This document shows, one piece after another, positions 16,011 through 25,857 of a DNA stretch of 59,268 bases (the first letter of the stretch is position 1; every line of letters starts with the position of its first letter). Below the pieces are notes generated by a model. That model worked only from the letters and a program-made list of their open reading frames with translations, was not told the origin of the DNA and searched no databases. The stretch is from a virus: IMG/VR virus record IMGVR_UViG_3300033407_000013; one strand, written 5' to 3'. The position numbers and the translations under genes were made by a program.

Positions 16011-16018
16011 AGTCCTCC

Positions 16019-19000
16019 CTACGCCGGCGACCATGTCTCCCAGGTCTGCTGGTCGACCGCGGGCCTGACGGGCTGCCGCTGCAGCGGCCGCGAGAACGTC
16101 CAGCGCAGCCGGCCCTTCGACGTCGACGCGCACTCGACCGTGAAGCCGGCGGCCTGGACGTACGCCTGGCCGTCCAGGAGCCGCTCCTCGAGCTGCCCGG
16201 TGCGCAGGCCGTAGGTCACAGCCTCAGGAGCGTTGAGCGCCTTCCCGGCCGTCCTGGCGAGCCTGGCGAGGTGGGCCGTCCGGAGGGATCCCAGGTACTC
16301 GATCCCGCCGGTGGGGTCCTCGACGTACTTGCCGCCGAACGCCTTGCGGAAGTCGGGCTCGGCCACGTCCTTCTCGGCCACCTCGGAGCCGTGGGCGAAG
16401 ACGTAGCGGAGCACCTGCACGCAGAGCTCCTCAGCGATCAGCGAGTCGAGGGCCTTCCCGCTGATGATCTCGAACGCGTGGGTCCACACGCCGGCGATGG
16501 CCTCGAGCGCGCGCGCTCGGTGCGGGTCGGGGAGAGCGGCGACCCACGCCAGGTACATCATCCGCAGGTAGGCCGACATCCGCCCGATCCGCGTCGCGCC
16601 GAAGAGCCCTTCGATCTCCTGGCCGAGACGCTCGCCATGCTCGCGATCGAGCTCGAGGGCGCCGGCGCACATCCGTGTGGCCTCGCTCCAGAAAGCATCC
16701 CGGCACGCACCGATCGCCTGCATGAACGTTGAGGTGTCGCGCGGCGAGTCGCTGCGCACGAACCCGGTCTCGCAGCGCAGCGGAAGGATGCGACTGGCGA
16801 GCTCTGGCCGTCCGTCATGGATCGGCTCGATGCCGTTCATGACGAGCGCGCCGCATACCCGCTCGAGGATCGTCTCTGTGTCCGAGTGCTGCTTGCGCTT
16901 CTCGCGCGCGCCCAGGTGCGTCGCCTGCAGGAGCGTGTCGTGCAGCATCGGCGTCACGCCGACGGTCTCGCGGTTGTCGTCGATCGTCAGCATCTCTCGC
17001 GCGAGCCGCGAAGCCATCGCCGCCGCCGTCGGCACGCTCGAGCCCTTGCGACCGTTGACCAACTGACCAATGCCCTCGACGGCGCGCGTCTTTCCGGAGC
17101 TCGAGCCACCCTCGATGCGCACGATCGGAATCTGTCCGATCTTCCGGAGGATCGGCAGGCACACGAGCCAGTAGATCAGCACGAGCCGGTGTTCGTCGGA
17201 GAGCGACGTCCACCGGAACACGTCGTAGGCCCGACGAATGCCACCGCCCTCTTCGGTGTAGCTGAACGGGCGGAACTCCGCGCCGGCGACGGCGGGGACG
17301 CGCGCCTCGCTCATGCGGATGATGGAGACGTGGCCCGGAGCGATCCGGATCAGCCGGCCTTGCGCGTCGCCGGTCGGGAAGAACACGCTTCCGTTCTCGG
17401 TGACGTGCGACCACGAGACATCTTCGACGCGTCGTGCACCGCGCGCCAAGTGGAACTCGACCGCTGCGATGTAGCCCCCGTGCGAGGACTTCCGAGGCGA
17501 GAGACCCGACACCATGTAGAGCACTTCGCGGAAGACCGAACCGCGGTCAGTCGTCACGGGCACGCGCTCGTTCATCCGGACGAGGATCACCCCCTCGCGG
17601 GTCACGAAGGGCATGAACCCCATCGTCCGCTTGAGCACCTCGGCCACGTACCGACCTACGTGCTCGTCGGGCAACCTCGCCTCGACCGCCTTCGCCACGT
17701 TGGCGCGCGTCTGCTCGAAGACGTCGTCGGCGGTCCGCGTCGTTTTCAGCGCGGGCGCCGGCGGCGCGCTGGGCTGCGGCGGAACCGAGGGAGACGACGG
17801 AGCGCTGGGCTGCACGGCCGAGTGCTCGACCGGAGGAGGGACGACTAGCGCCTGTCGGATCTCGTCCTTCGTCTCACGCTCGCGCTTCTCTGTCTGCTTC
17901 GCACGCTTCGGTCCCACGACAGACCGACGGGCCTCGGCGATCGCGGGCTCGACGTCGGCCTTCTTGGTCACGCCCCTGCCGGCAAGCTCGGCAATCAAGG
18001 CGGCCGCGTCGGCGCGGTGCTGCCGCACGTCGAGATGCGCGACCAGCTCGACGAGCTCGGCGAAGGAGGCTAGACGTACGAACGGCTCGTCGGCCGGATC
18101 GAGGCCGCGGGCGATCCGCTCGGCCTCGAGGCGCACGACCGACTTCGCGGTGGGCTTGAGCTTGCGCCACTCTTCCATCGCGGAAGCACCATGCATCGCG
18201 ACCCACTCCGCGCCGTCGATCTTCGCGGCAGCGAACTGCTCGACGAGCCAAGCGTGCTCGGCTGGATCAGGCACCAGCCCGTCGAGCTTCCGCTTCCGCT
18301 CAACAGGCTCGCACTCCTCGAGCTCTCGGAGCTTCCCTTTGCCGATGCGCTTTTCGATCTCTTCGCGCGCCGCGATCTGCGAAGGTCCCGGAGGAAGGGT
18401 GATCACGCGGACGTCTAGACCACCCTCGATCAGCTGTTTCCCCGCGCGGATTGCAGCGAAGTAGCCTGCGCCGGAGAGTTCGGTGTCGAAGAGGATCCAG
18501 ACCATCGAAATGCCGTGCTCGTGGCACCGTTCGATGAAGCGCTCGAGGTCGGGACCGTTGAAGTTGATCGTGACCGGTGAGACGACGTCGACGCCGATGT
18601 GCGAGAAGGCCACCGCGTCGGCCACACCCTCGAGGATGCCGACCTCGTGGCCACACGTGCGCAGCACCGGCTCATTGAACAGGTGGTGGTTGGTGATCGA
18701 CGGGCTGACGTAGGGCCGGGTGTCCGAGTGCACAGACAGCTTGTGGTACTTCGGTGCAGGGATCGGATCGCGTCCTTCGACTTCGATCGGCGGCGTCCAG
18801 GGCGTCGCGCGACCGATCAGGTAGACCGGGCGGCCGTGCTCGAGGTAGGGGAACAGCACGCGACCCTCGAAGCGCGTGCGGAAGCGGCCGTTCTCGTACC
18901 AGCCGAGCCCGGCCTTGCGGTACCTCGCCTTGTTCTTCGCGGCGTCCTGTGCGATCTCCGGCAGGATCGGCGACGGCATGAACCCGATTCGGTAGGCGTC

Positions 19001-19486
19001 GACGGTGTCGCGGTCGAAGCCCCACTTCTGTTCGACCCACGCGAGTAGGTCCTCGCGCTCGAGCAGGTGCACCGCGGCCGCGAGCACGAACGTCTCGAGC
19101 CCGATCATGGCCTCGTCGAACTCGACCCCGCGACCTTCGTCGAAAGGTTCACCGAACTGCTCGCAGAGCCAGCGCAACGCATCCATGCGTTGCGTACCCG
19201 AGCCGCCACCCTTCTCTGGTGCCCGCCCGCCCGTCAGCGCGTACTCGACCAGGTGGAACAGGTCGCCGCGCATCCCGCTCGACTGGCACGCCTTGCAGTT
19301 CCACGCCCCGGTGTGGAGGTTGATCTGTAGCGATTGGCCCGAGGCACTTTTGTGGCAGAGCGGGTTCAGATATGCCTCGCTGCCTTGCCGCCGAACGACC
19401 TCGAGGCCGAGTCGCGCGCAGAGGTCGAGAGGGTCCAGGTGCCTCCGCAGGCGATCGTGGATCGAAGGGCGATCGGGTAGGCTCAT
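16019..19486 (-). CDS. DnaG-type primase (CHC2 zinc finger + Toprim) fused to a C-terminal P-loop helicase-like domain
   Basis: CHKSASGQSLQINLHTGAWNCKACQSSG is a CHC2 finger. GILEGVADAVAFSHIG...DTELSGAGY is Toprim-like. Walker A IEGGSSSGKTRAVEG and Walker B LTIDDN lie in the C-terminal half. 1155 aa. Confidence 0.8.
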   Translation of the reverse strand: MSLPDRPSIHDRLRRHLDPLDLCARLGLEVVRRQGSEAYLNPLCHKSASGQSLQINLHTGAWNCKACQSSGMRGDLFHLVEYALTGGRAPEKGGGSGTQRMDALRWLCEQFGEPFDEGRGVEFDEAMIGLETFVLAAAVHLLEREDLLAWVEQKWGFDRDTVDAYRIGFMPSPILPEIAQDAAKNKARYRKAGLGWYENGRFRTRFEGRVLFPYLEHGRPVYLIGRATPWTPPIEVEGRDPIPAPKYHKLSVHSDTRPYVSPSITNHHLFNEPVLRTCGHEVGILEGVADAVAFSHIGVDVVSPVTINFNGPDLERFIERCHEHGISMVWILFDTELSGAGYFAAIRAGKQLIEGGLDVRVITLPPGPSQIAAREEIEKRIGKGKLRELEECEPVERKRKLDGLVPDPAEHAWLVEQFAAAKIDGAEWVAMHGASAMEEWRKLKPTAKSVVRLEAERIARGLDPADEPFVRLASFAELVELVAHLDVRQHRADAAALIAELAGRGVTKKADVEPAIAEARRSVVGPKRAKQTEKRERETKDEIRQALVVPPPVEHSAVQPSAPSSPSVPPQPSAPPAPALKTTRTADDVFEQTRANVAKAVEARLPDEHVGRYVAEVLKRTMGFMPFVTREGVILVRMNERVPVTTDRGSVFREVLYMVSGLSPRKSSHGGYIAAVEFHLARGARRVEDVSWSHVTENGSVFFPTGDAQGRLIRIAPGHVSIIRMSEARVPAVAGAEFRPFSYTEEGGGIRRAYDVFRWTSLSDEHRLVLIYWLVCLPILRKIGQIPIVRIEGGSSSGKTRAVEGIGQLVNGRKGSSVPTAAAMASRLAREMLTIDDNRETVGVTPMLHDTLLQATHLGAREKRKQHSDTETILERVCGALVMNGIEPIHDGRPELASRILPLRCETGFVRSDSPRDTSTFMQAIGACRDAFWSEATRMCAGALELDREHGERLGQEIEGLFGATRIGRMSAYLRMMYLAWVAALPDPHRARALEAIAGVWTHAFEIISGKALDSLIAEELCVQVLRYVFAHGSEVAEKDVAEPDFRKAFGGKYVEDPTGGIEYLGSLRTAHLARLARTAGKALNAPEAVTYGLRTGQLEERLLDGQAYVQAAGFTVECASTSKGRLRWTFSRPLQRQPVRPAVDQQTWETWSPA

Positions 19487-19649
19487 CGCGCGCTCGTGGC
19501 CCGCTGGGCACCGGCGCCCGGAACGTCTCCACGGGCCACGGAGACGAACAGGCGCGCGTCGACAGCAACTCGGCGCGCGCCGCCCTCTCTACTCCTATGC
19601 GCCGCGAGAATCCACGCGCGCGCCGCCGCTGGAGCCCTCGCGTTGTGTT

Positions 19650-21911
19650 CTACTCGAGCGCCTCTACCACCGCTTGTGGAAGTCGCATCGCGGGCTCCCA
19701 GCCGTGCATCAGGAACGCCCCGAACGTTTGCCGCGCTTCGCTCTTGCGCTCCGCGGCGAAGTGGGCTAGGCCCGGCCGGTCGCCGAGGATCATCAGCGAC
19801 TCGGAGGCGCGCGACGCGCCAGTGTAGAGCAGGTTCCGGTCGTGCATGTGCCAGTGGGCCGAGCTCGCGACGAGCAGGACGAACGGCCACTCGCTGCCCT
19901 GCGACTTGTGGATCGTCATCGCGTAGGAGACTTCCGCATGGATTCGCTTCGCGGCAGGGATCGTCACCTCTCGCCCGTCCTCCGTGAACAGCTCCATCGC
20001 ACCGCCCTTGGCGAACCCGAGCACGATCGCCTGCGTACCGTTGTAGAGGTCGAGCTCGTAGTCGTTCTTCGTCCAGATGACTCGATCGCCGACGAGCGGC
20101 CTGGGCGGCTTGTTCTCTTCGGTCGGATCTGGGTCAGGGTTCCCGAGCAGCCGCACGCGAAGCCGCTGCAGGTGGACGTTCAGCGCGTAGGTGCCCATCG
20201 GGCCTTTCCGCATCGGCGCGAGCACCTGCACGTCCCAGTCGAACGAGAGCTCGCGTCCGAACGGCTGCAGCGGCTCGGGCGCGGTCACGATCATGTCGAC
20301 GATCGTCGCGGCAAGTGCCGCGCATCCGTCCTCGTGTCCGCGCTCGACGTGGTGGAGCTGCCACGTCACGGAGCCTGGAGACGGGGTTGCGACGAGCCCC
20401 TGCAGGATAGCCGTCGTGTTCCGCGCGAGCTCGCCGGCTTGCCGAACGATTTCGGTCAGCACGTGGATCGCCTGCGGGTAACGCGCTCGAGCAGACAGCA
20501 GGTCGCGCAGGATCGCGCCTGCCCCCACCGGCGGGATCTGGTTGTGGTCGCCGACCAGCAAGAGCCGGCAGTCGTCCGGGATTGCCGAGAGCAGCGCGCG
20601 CATGAGCTTCACGTCGCACATCGACACCTCGTCGACGACGACGAGCTCGAGCTCGACCGGGTTGTTCGGGCCACGCAGGAAGTAGAAGCGCCCGCTTCGC
20701 TCGTCGAACTTCGGCTCGAGTAGACGGTGAATCGTACAAGCCTCTCGACGCGTCGCGTGTCCGAGCTTTCGCGCTGCCTTCCCGGTGGGGGCGCAAAGGC
20801 CGACACGGAGTCCGTTCTCCTCGGCCGCCTCGCAGATGCTCCGCATCGTGAAGGTCTTCCCCACGCCGCCGGCCCCCGAGATGACCGACGCGTAGAACGA
20901 GAGCGCGGCCGTGAGACCGGCATGCTGACCTTCGTTCAGGGTCGCGGTCGCCTCCCGCGCGCGCGGACCGTCGACGGAGAGCGCGGGCGCGCGAGAACCG
21001 AGCCGACTGCGCAGGCGGTCGAACACTTCGAACTCGGTCGCCGCCATGTAAGCGTCGGCGACGAGCTCCTTGCCGGTAGGGCTCGTGTCAGCGTGCACGA
21101 AACCGAGTCGGATCAGCTCGTCGAGCGCGGCGAAGATCAGGTCTTCCGCCGACAGCGTGTCGGGCCGGAGCTCCTGCGTCGCGTGGTCGAGCAAGCCATC
21201 GCGGGTCGTCCACGTGTCGCCCTGGTTCGCGATCTGGTCGAGGCAGTAGGCGACACCAGCCTGCATCCGCGCCGGGTCGATCTTCGACACGCCCATCTTG
21301 AGCGCGACGGCGTCGACCGTTCGGAACCCGAACCGCGGGATCTTGCCGATGAGCCCGTATGGATCGCGGCGAACCTGCATCGGCGCCAGGTCGCCGAGGT
21401 GGTGCACGATCGCCGACGCTTGGCCGTTGGTCCACCCCATGTCGACGAGAGCGGCCAAGGTCTCGTAGTGCGTACGCTTCTCGAGCCATACGCGGGCCGC
21501 GTTCTCCACCAGCTCGGCCGCGACACCTGCGCGCTGCGCGATCTTCGCAGCATGGTGCTCGAGCGCGGTCCCGAGCTCGCCGTCCTCGGAGAGCTCGAGC
21601 GCGACCTCGGCCACGCGCCGCGCACGAACCCGGCCGAGCCCGCGGAACTCTCTGCCCTTCGCGAGCAGCTCGGCGAGAGCGTCGGCGCTCTCGTCCATCT
21701 TAGTGATGCCGCCGGCGACGTCGAACTGGCGACCCCACTTCGGGTCGTCCTTCCACTCGCCGCTGAGCTCGACCAGGTCGCCCTCTGCCGCGACGATCTT
21801 CCCGGCGAAGTTCTTCTCGCCGGCGTCGGTCTTCACGACGCCGACCGTGAACGGGGACTCGGGGTTGCAGTACCGGACGCGGGTCACGCGCCCACGGAGC
21901 GTCTCGGGCAT
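19650..21911 (-). CDS. RecD/RecD2-like SF1 helicase
   Basis: ISGAGGVGKTFTMRSI...LCAPTGKAARKL...LVVVDEVSMCD...SYAMTIHKSQGSEWPFVLLV. AGGAGG lies 5 nt upstream of ATG 21911. Confidence 0.85.
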   Translation of the reverse strand: MPETLRGRVTRVRYCNPESPFTVGVVKTDAGEKNFAGKIVAAEGDLVELSGEWKDDPKWGRQFDVAGGITKMDESADALAELLAKGREFRGLGRVRARRVAEVALELSEDGELGTALEHHAAKIAQRAGVAAELVENAARVWLEKRTHYETLAALVDMGWTNGQASAIVHHLGDLAPMQVRRDPYGLIGKIPRFGFRTVDAVALKMGVSKIDPARMQAGVAYCLDQIANQGDTWTTRDGLLDHATQELRPDTLSAEDLIFAALDELIRLGFVHADTSPTGKELVADAYMAATEFEVFDRLRSRLGSRAPALSVDGPRAREATATLNEGQHAGLTAALSFYASVISGAGGVGKTFTMRSICEAAEENGLRVGLCAPTGKAARKLGHATRREACTIHRLLEPKFDERSGRFYFLRGPNNPVELELVVVDEVSMCDVKLMRALLSAIPDDCRLLLVGDHNQIPPVGAGAILRDLLSARARYPQAIHVLTEIVRQAGELARNTTAILQGLVATPSPGSVTWQLHHVERGHEDGCAALAATIVDMIVTAPEPLQPFGRELSFDWDVQVLAPMRKGPMGTYALNVHLQRLRVRLLGNPDPDPTEENKPPRPLVGDRVIWTKNDYELDLYNGTQAIVLGFAKGGAMELFTEDGREVTIPAAKRIHAEVSYAMTIHKSQGSEWPFVLLVASSAHWHMHDRNLLYTGASRASESLMILGDRPGLAHFAAERKSEARQTFGAFLMHGWEPAMRLPQAVVEALE

Positions 21912-21969
21912 GTTGTCCTCCTGTGGGCACACCTTGCTCGTGTCGACGAGCGGCCCTTAGGCGGTGGGG

Positions 21970-22395
21970 TTATCGAGCGAGCTTCTTGGAAGCCATCTTG
22001 AGGAACGCCCCGGCGAGGATCTGCGACTCGGCGCGGGAGCCTCCGAGGTAGACAGGGACGGATTGCGCGACCGCGATCTCGGCGATGAAGCCGAGGATCG
22101 CAGCAGGCGAAGCCTGGCTCTTGTAGCTGCCCGACATGATCTCCCGCACGCCGCCCTCGATGATCACGCACCGGAAAGCGTACGCGCGCAGCCGCTCGAG
22201 CTCGCGGTAGAAGCGGCCGCGCGAACGCATGACCGTGCCCGTCCAGTCGTCGAGCGACTTCCGCTCGATGGCGACGCGCTGCTCGAGCCCCGGCAGCGAG
22301 TAGTCGCCGGTCTCGAGGCTCGCGCGCTCGACGACGATCCCTTGATCGTCGAACGTCCACGGGGTCTGCTCGCGCGTGTCGGCCAGAACGATCAT
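21970..22395 (-). CDS. ERCC4/Mus81-Hef-type nuclease (putative junction resolvase)
   Basis: IVLADTREQ...ETGDYSL...VAIERKSLDD are the ERCC4 motifs (GDxn ERKxxxD). Confidence 0.75.
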   Translation of the reverse strand: MIVLADTREQTPWTFDDQGIVVERASLETGDYSLPGLEQRVAIERKSLDDWTGTVMRSRGRFYRELERLRAYAFRCVIIEGGVREIMSGSYKSQASPAAILGFIAEIAVAQSVPVYLGGSRAESQILAGAFLKMASKKLAR

Positions 22396-22487
22396 TCGGA
22401 CATCCTACGAGTGCGGCCGCGCCGGTGCGAGACCGACGCAGCCGCGGCTTCGTTTCCCACGCGAGATCCGCGTGGGCTCCTTCCGAC

Positions 22488-23357
22488 CTAGAACGGCACC
22501 TTGTCGGGATCGAACTCTTCTCCCGCATCGTCGGGCGGGGACTCCTCTCCCGGCGCTGCCGGAGGCAGACTGGGATGGCCCGAGGGCGTTCCGGAGCCCC
22601 ACTGCGGGGGTTGGGGGGGGGCGCCAGGCGCGGCGGCAGAGGGGCGCGGAGGGGCGGCCTGGGGAGCAGGCGGCGCGACCGGGGCCGGCGGTCCGCCCGT
22701 AGGGGGCCCGGAGGCCGCCGGAGGGGCCCCAGGTTGCGCGGGCGGGGCCTGCGCGGGGGAGGGGGGGGTGGACGCTCCGGCGGGCGTAGGGGGCGCGGAG
22801 GGAGCCCCGGTCGGGGACGGCGCGCCCCCCCCACCGATGGCCCGGGTCTTCGCCTGGTGCTTCGCCCGGAGGGAGTGCAGGAGGTCCCGGTCGACCGGCG
22901 CGAATGCGCCTCTCGGCTTCGGCTCGTCGGCATCCGGGTTGATCCAGTTGACCCGGTGCCGGGTCACGCCCTGGTACTCCTCGCCCTCGATCTCGATGAG
23001 CACGTAGATGCTCGGCGGCGGCCCAGCGAACGCGTCGAAGTCGCCGTGCCACAAGCCGCACGCGGCCAGGTTCTTGATCGCGCCCTCGGAGAGCGACCCG
23101 TCCTGCCCGCGTTTCGCCTGCTCCTCAGTCGGCTTCTTCACGATCCAGGTTCTCCCTTCGCTGTACCAGCCGAGCGGGTAGTCCTGCGACCAGCCCGTCT
23201 CCTTGCCGTGCCAGCGCCGCACGATCGCGAAGCGGATCGCGATCGCGATCGCGCCGCTGTCGGCCTTCTCGAGCGTCCACGTGACCGGGAACGCCCGGTA
23301 CGTCCCGTCTTCCTCGATCGGCTGCTTGGTGTAATCTTCGATGGTCGGTTGGCTCAT
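22488..23357 (-). CDS. Putative ssDNA-binding protein with a Pro-rich linker and an acidic SSB-like C-terminal tip
   Basis: The C-terminus ...ESPPDDAGEEFDPDKVPF resembles the SSB D-D-D-I-P-F tip. A Pro/Ala/Gly linker of about 110 aa contains G/C homopolymer runs. The gene lies between the Sak4-like ATPase and the nuclease. Confidence 0.5.
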   Translation of the reverse strand: MSQPTIEDYTKQPIEEDGTYRAFPVTWTLEKADSGAIAIAIRFAIVRRWHGKETGWSQDYPLGWYSEGRTWIVKKPTEEQAKRGQDGSLSEGAIKNLAACGLWHGDFDAFAGPPPSIYVLIEIEGEEYQGVTRHRVNWINPDADEPKPRGAFAPVDRDLLHSLRAKHQAKTRAIGGGGAPSPTGAPSAPPTPAGASTPPSPAQAPPAQPGAPPAASGPPTGGPPAPVAPPAPQAAPPRPSAAAPGAPPQPPQWGSGTPSGHPSLPPAAPGEESPPDDAGEEFDPDKVPF

Positions 23358-23376
23358 GGCGTCTTGATGGCAGGGA

Positions 23377-24222
23377 TCAGACGATGCCGAGCGCCTGCCA
23401 CACCGCGCCCGGGTTCTCGATCGTGAAGGGTTCGGCGATCTGCGCGGTGCGCGACTTCGCCATGTGGGTCGGAAGCTCGATCGTGTAAACGCTGCGGGTC
23501 GACGACCCCTGCGCCTTGCCTTCTTCGACGTGCACGTCGTACCCGAAGTAGACGAGGTGCTCGCACCAGTTCTTCAACAGCGCGCGCACGTTGTAGCGCC
23601 CGCGCTTGTCACCGGCGTGAAGCAGGGGCTCCCACCGCGGGTAGTCTTCACCGGCGGGGTTGGGAAAGACCGTCGAGACGTCGTGCGCGATCAGGCAGAC
23701 GTTGAAACCGCTGTCCGCGACGCGATCGAGGTCGGCGAGCAACGCCACGAACTCGTCGTAGACGTACTGCCACCCTTTCTGCCAGCCGAAGCCCTCGACC
23801 GAGTCGACGCGCTTGCCTTTGTCGGTGCGGCGCGTCGCGACGACGTGATCGACGGCGAGCTGCTCGGCGGACGTCACCGTGTCGATCACGAGACTGCGCG
23901 CGCCGGCCGGAGGCGAAGCGGCGAACCCTGCGACCTTCGACCGCAGCATCGGCCACGATGCGTCGCGGTAGAGGTCCATGTCCTTGCGGACTTGCAGCTT
24001 CTTGGTCGAGCGCTCGATGTCGAAGAACACCGGCGCCGGCATCCATGCCGCGGCGGTGCTCTTGCCGATTCCGCCGGTGCCGTAGGCGACGATCCGGTCA
24101 CTACCGGAAATCGTCACCGGCTCGGACAGGTCGAGCTCGAACGGCTCGGGGATCGTCGCCTTCGGACTCTGCACCGTTGCAGGCGCAGCGGGCGCGGGAG
24201 GAGGGGCGGGTCTAGTTGCCAT
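23377..24222 (-). CDS. AAA_24 / Sak4-like RecA-fold ATPase
   Basis: Walker A VAYGTGGIGKSTAAA, Walker B LVIDTVTS, and the pattern ...FNVCLIAHD... are typical of phage AAA_24 proteins. Confidence 0.7.
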   Translation of the reverse strand: MATRPAPPPAPAAPATVQSPKATIPEPFELDLSEPVTISGSDRIVAYGTGGIGKSTAAAWMPAPVFFDIERSTKKLQVRKDMDLYRDASWPMLRSKVAGFAASPPAGARSLVIDTVTSAEQLAVDHVVATRRTDKGKRVDSVEGFGWQKGWQYVYDEFVALLADLDRVADSGFNVCLIAHDVSTVFPNPAGEDYPRWEPLLHAGDKRGRYNVRALLKNWCEHLVYFGYDVHVEEGKAQGSSTRSVYTIELPTHMAKSRTAQIAEPFTIENPGAVWQALGIV

Positions 24223-25222
24223 CGGTGTGAAGCTCCGGGTGAAGATGCTCGCGGCGCGCGAAGCCGCCGGGCACGGTGTCGTGGTCGGGGTAGTCGTTGT
24301 TCGAACAGAGCCCGAAGAAGTCGCACAGGCCGAAGCGTGCGCAGGATTCTGGGTTTCTCGGGAAGAACGGCGCGCCGCTCTCGAGGTGACGGATCATGCC
24401 GACCGTGTGCGCGACGTCGGCTCGCGCCGCACGCATGTCGAGCTCCGTGCGTGGCACGAACCGGCGCTGGTAGTAGAAGTCCGGTCGATCGCCGATGTCG
24501 GCTGTGAGTCGCGCGCCGTACAGCGCCGTCGTTTCGGTGCCGCCATGCAACGCGGCCTCAACGACGTCGGCGGAGAACTGCTGGCCGTAGTACGTGCCGA
24601 CGCCCTTGCTCCGCAACTCCATCCGCAGGCGCTGCATGTCCTTCTTGACGAGGTTCTTTGGTCTGATCGTGGGCTTCCGGACGACGTCGTAGAGGATGAA
24701 GGCCGGCGGCTCGCCGACCAGTTCGCGGAAGGCAGCGGCGTAGAACGAGAGCTGCGAGTCCATGCGCAGCCGGTCCCAGTAGGGTGCCCCAGGCGCGAGG
24801 TCCTCGCCGCTCGTCTTCCGCTCGACGAGCCCGAGACGTCCGTCGATGCGCGCCACGGCGTCGATCTGGCCCTCCCCGATGAAGCCGTCGAGCTCCACAC
24901 GGAAGACGCGCTCGGCTTGGACGATCTCCAGCGGCTCTCGCGACCAGCGCCATAAGTAGCCGGCGAAGAGGCGGGAGAGCTTCTCTTTCCAAGCGTCGCC
25001 GGGAGCATGCCGCTGGATCGCCTCGTAGGCCGCCGGCTGCGCATGAGCGGGATCAACAGCCTTCTCGAATGCGTCGTGCGCCTTGTGCCACGCGCGCCCG
25101 ACCTGCAGCACCTCGCGGTCTTCGCCGTGCGGCGAAAGCCGCCGACGGTACCGCAGGTCGTACTCCCGCGGGCAGCGCCGGAAGCAACTCGTCGAGCTGT
25201 TCGTGTAGGTGATCTCGGTCAT
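24212..25222 (-). CDS. PD-(D/E)XK Cas4/RecB-family exonuclease with a Cys cluster
   Basis: N-terminal SCFRRCPREYDLRY, core GQIDAV...LVERKTSG, and C-terminal CARFGLCDFFGLC (Cas4/AddB-like Fe-S cysteines). ATG 25222 is chosen. Confidence 0.7.
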   Translation of the reverse strand: MTEITYTNSSTSCFRRCPREYDLRYRRRLSPHGEDREVLQVGRAWHKAHDAFEKAVDPAHAQPAAYEAIQRHAPGDAWKEKLSRLFAGYLWRWSREPLEIVQAERVFRVELDGFIGEGQIDAVARIDGRLGLVERKTSGEDLAPGAPYWDRLRMDSQLSFYAAAFRELVGEPPAFILYDVVRKPTIRPKNLVKKDMQRLRMELRSKGVGTYYGQQFSADVVEAALHGGTETTALYGARLTADIGDRPDFYYQRRFVPRTELDMRAARADVAHTVGMIRHLESGAPFFPRNPESCARFGLCDFFGLCSNNDYPDHDTVPGGFARREHLHPELHTDGN

Positions 25223-25722
25223 GTTGTCTTTCTGCACTCGGGTCCAATGCCGAGCCGAATCGACTCGGGGTTCGTCAGTCGTCGGTTGCAGATCACGCAC
25301 CTGCCCTCGAGCAGCAGCGTGTAGCCTTGGCCGATCCAGTAGGACGTTCCGTCCTCGCGCGGCTTGAGCCCGTCTTCGGCGAACAGGTAGGCTCGCCGCA
25401 CGAGGTCGAGCCAGATGGCGAGCTTCTTCTCGGTCGCCGTCCACTTCTCGCCCCAGGTGTAGCCGTCGATCGCTTGCTTGCGATCGTCCGACGAGTAGCG
25501 CCCCCACACGCGCGCGCGCCACTGCTCGTCATCCCAGAAGGCTACACCCCGCCAGTCGCGCTCATTGTTCGGGCCGCAGAGCAGAGCGAGGATGCGGCGT
25601 CCGGTGAGCTCGCTCGCGCCGCCGACGGTGTAGAGCTTCACCGTGAAGTGACCGGCACTCGCGTGCTCTACGGTGTACGCGCCGTTGTGAACGCGGGGGC
25701 CTTCGGCTGTCTTGCTCGTCAT
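25219..25722 (-). CDS. DUF6011-type protein (C-terminal CxxC...GIGPxC motif)
   Basis: The C-terminus is CVICNRRLTNPESIRLGIGPECRKTT. ATG 25722 is chosen over the Arg/Pro-rich extension. Confidence 0.6.
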   Translation of the reverse strand: MTSKTAEGPRVHNGAYTVEHASAGHFTVKLYTVGGASELTGRRILALLCGPNNERDWRGVAFWDDEQWRARVWGRYSSDDRKQAIDGYTWGEKWTATEKKLAIWLDLVRRAYLFAEDGLKPREDGTSYWIGQGYTLLLEGRCVICNRRLTNPESIRLGIGPECRKTT

Positions 25723-25820
25723 CCTGATCCCTCTCGAACGGGTTTCGAGGGTGGGGGCCGGTGCTGACCCCGTCGAGGAGAAGCCTACCACGGGATGCCG
25801 TCCCAAGTTGGGATTTCGGC

Positions 25821-25857
25821 GAAAGAGCCCCCCCGGGCGGTGCACCCGGAGGGGCTC
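25821..25857 (-). terminator. Stem-loop with a short T-tract after the accessory block
   Basis: GAGCCCC-c-CCGGG / CCCGG-a-GGGGCTC gives 12 bp with one mismatch and a 7-nt loop. It is followed on the minus strand by TTTCGCC. Confidence 0.45.
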
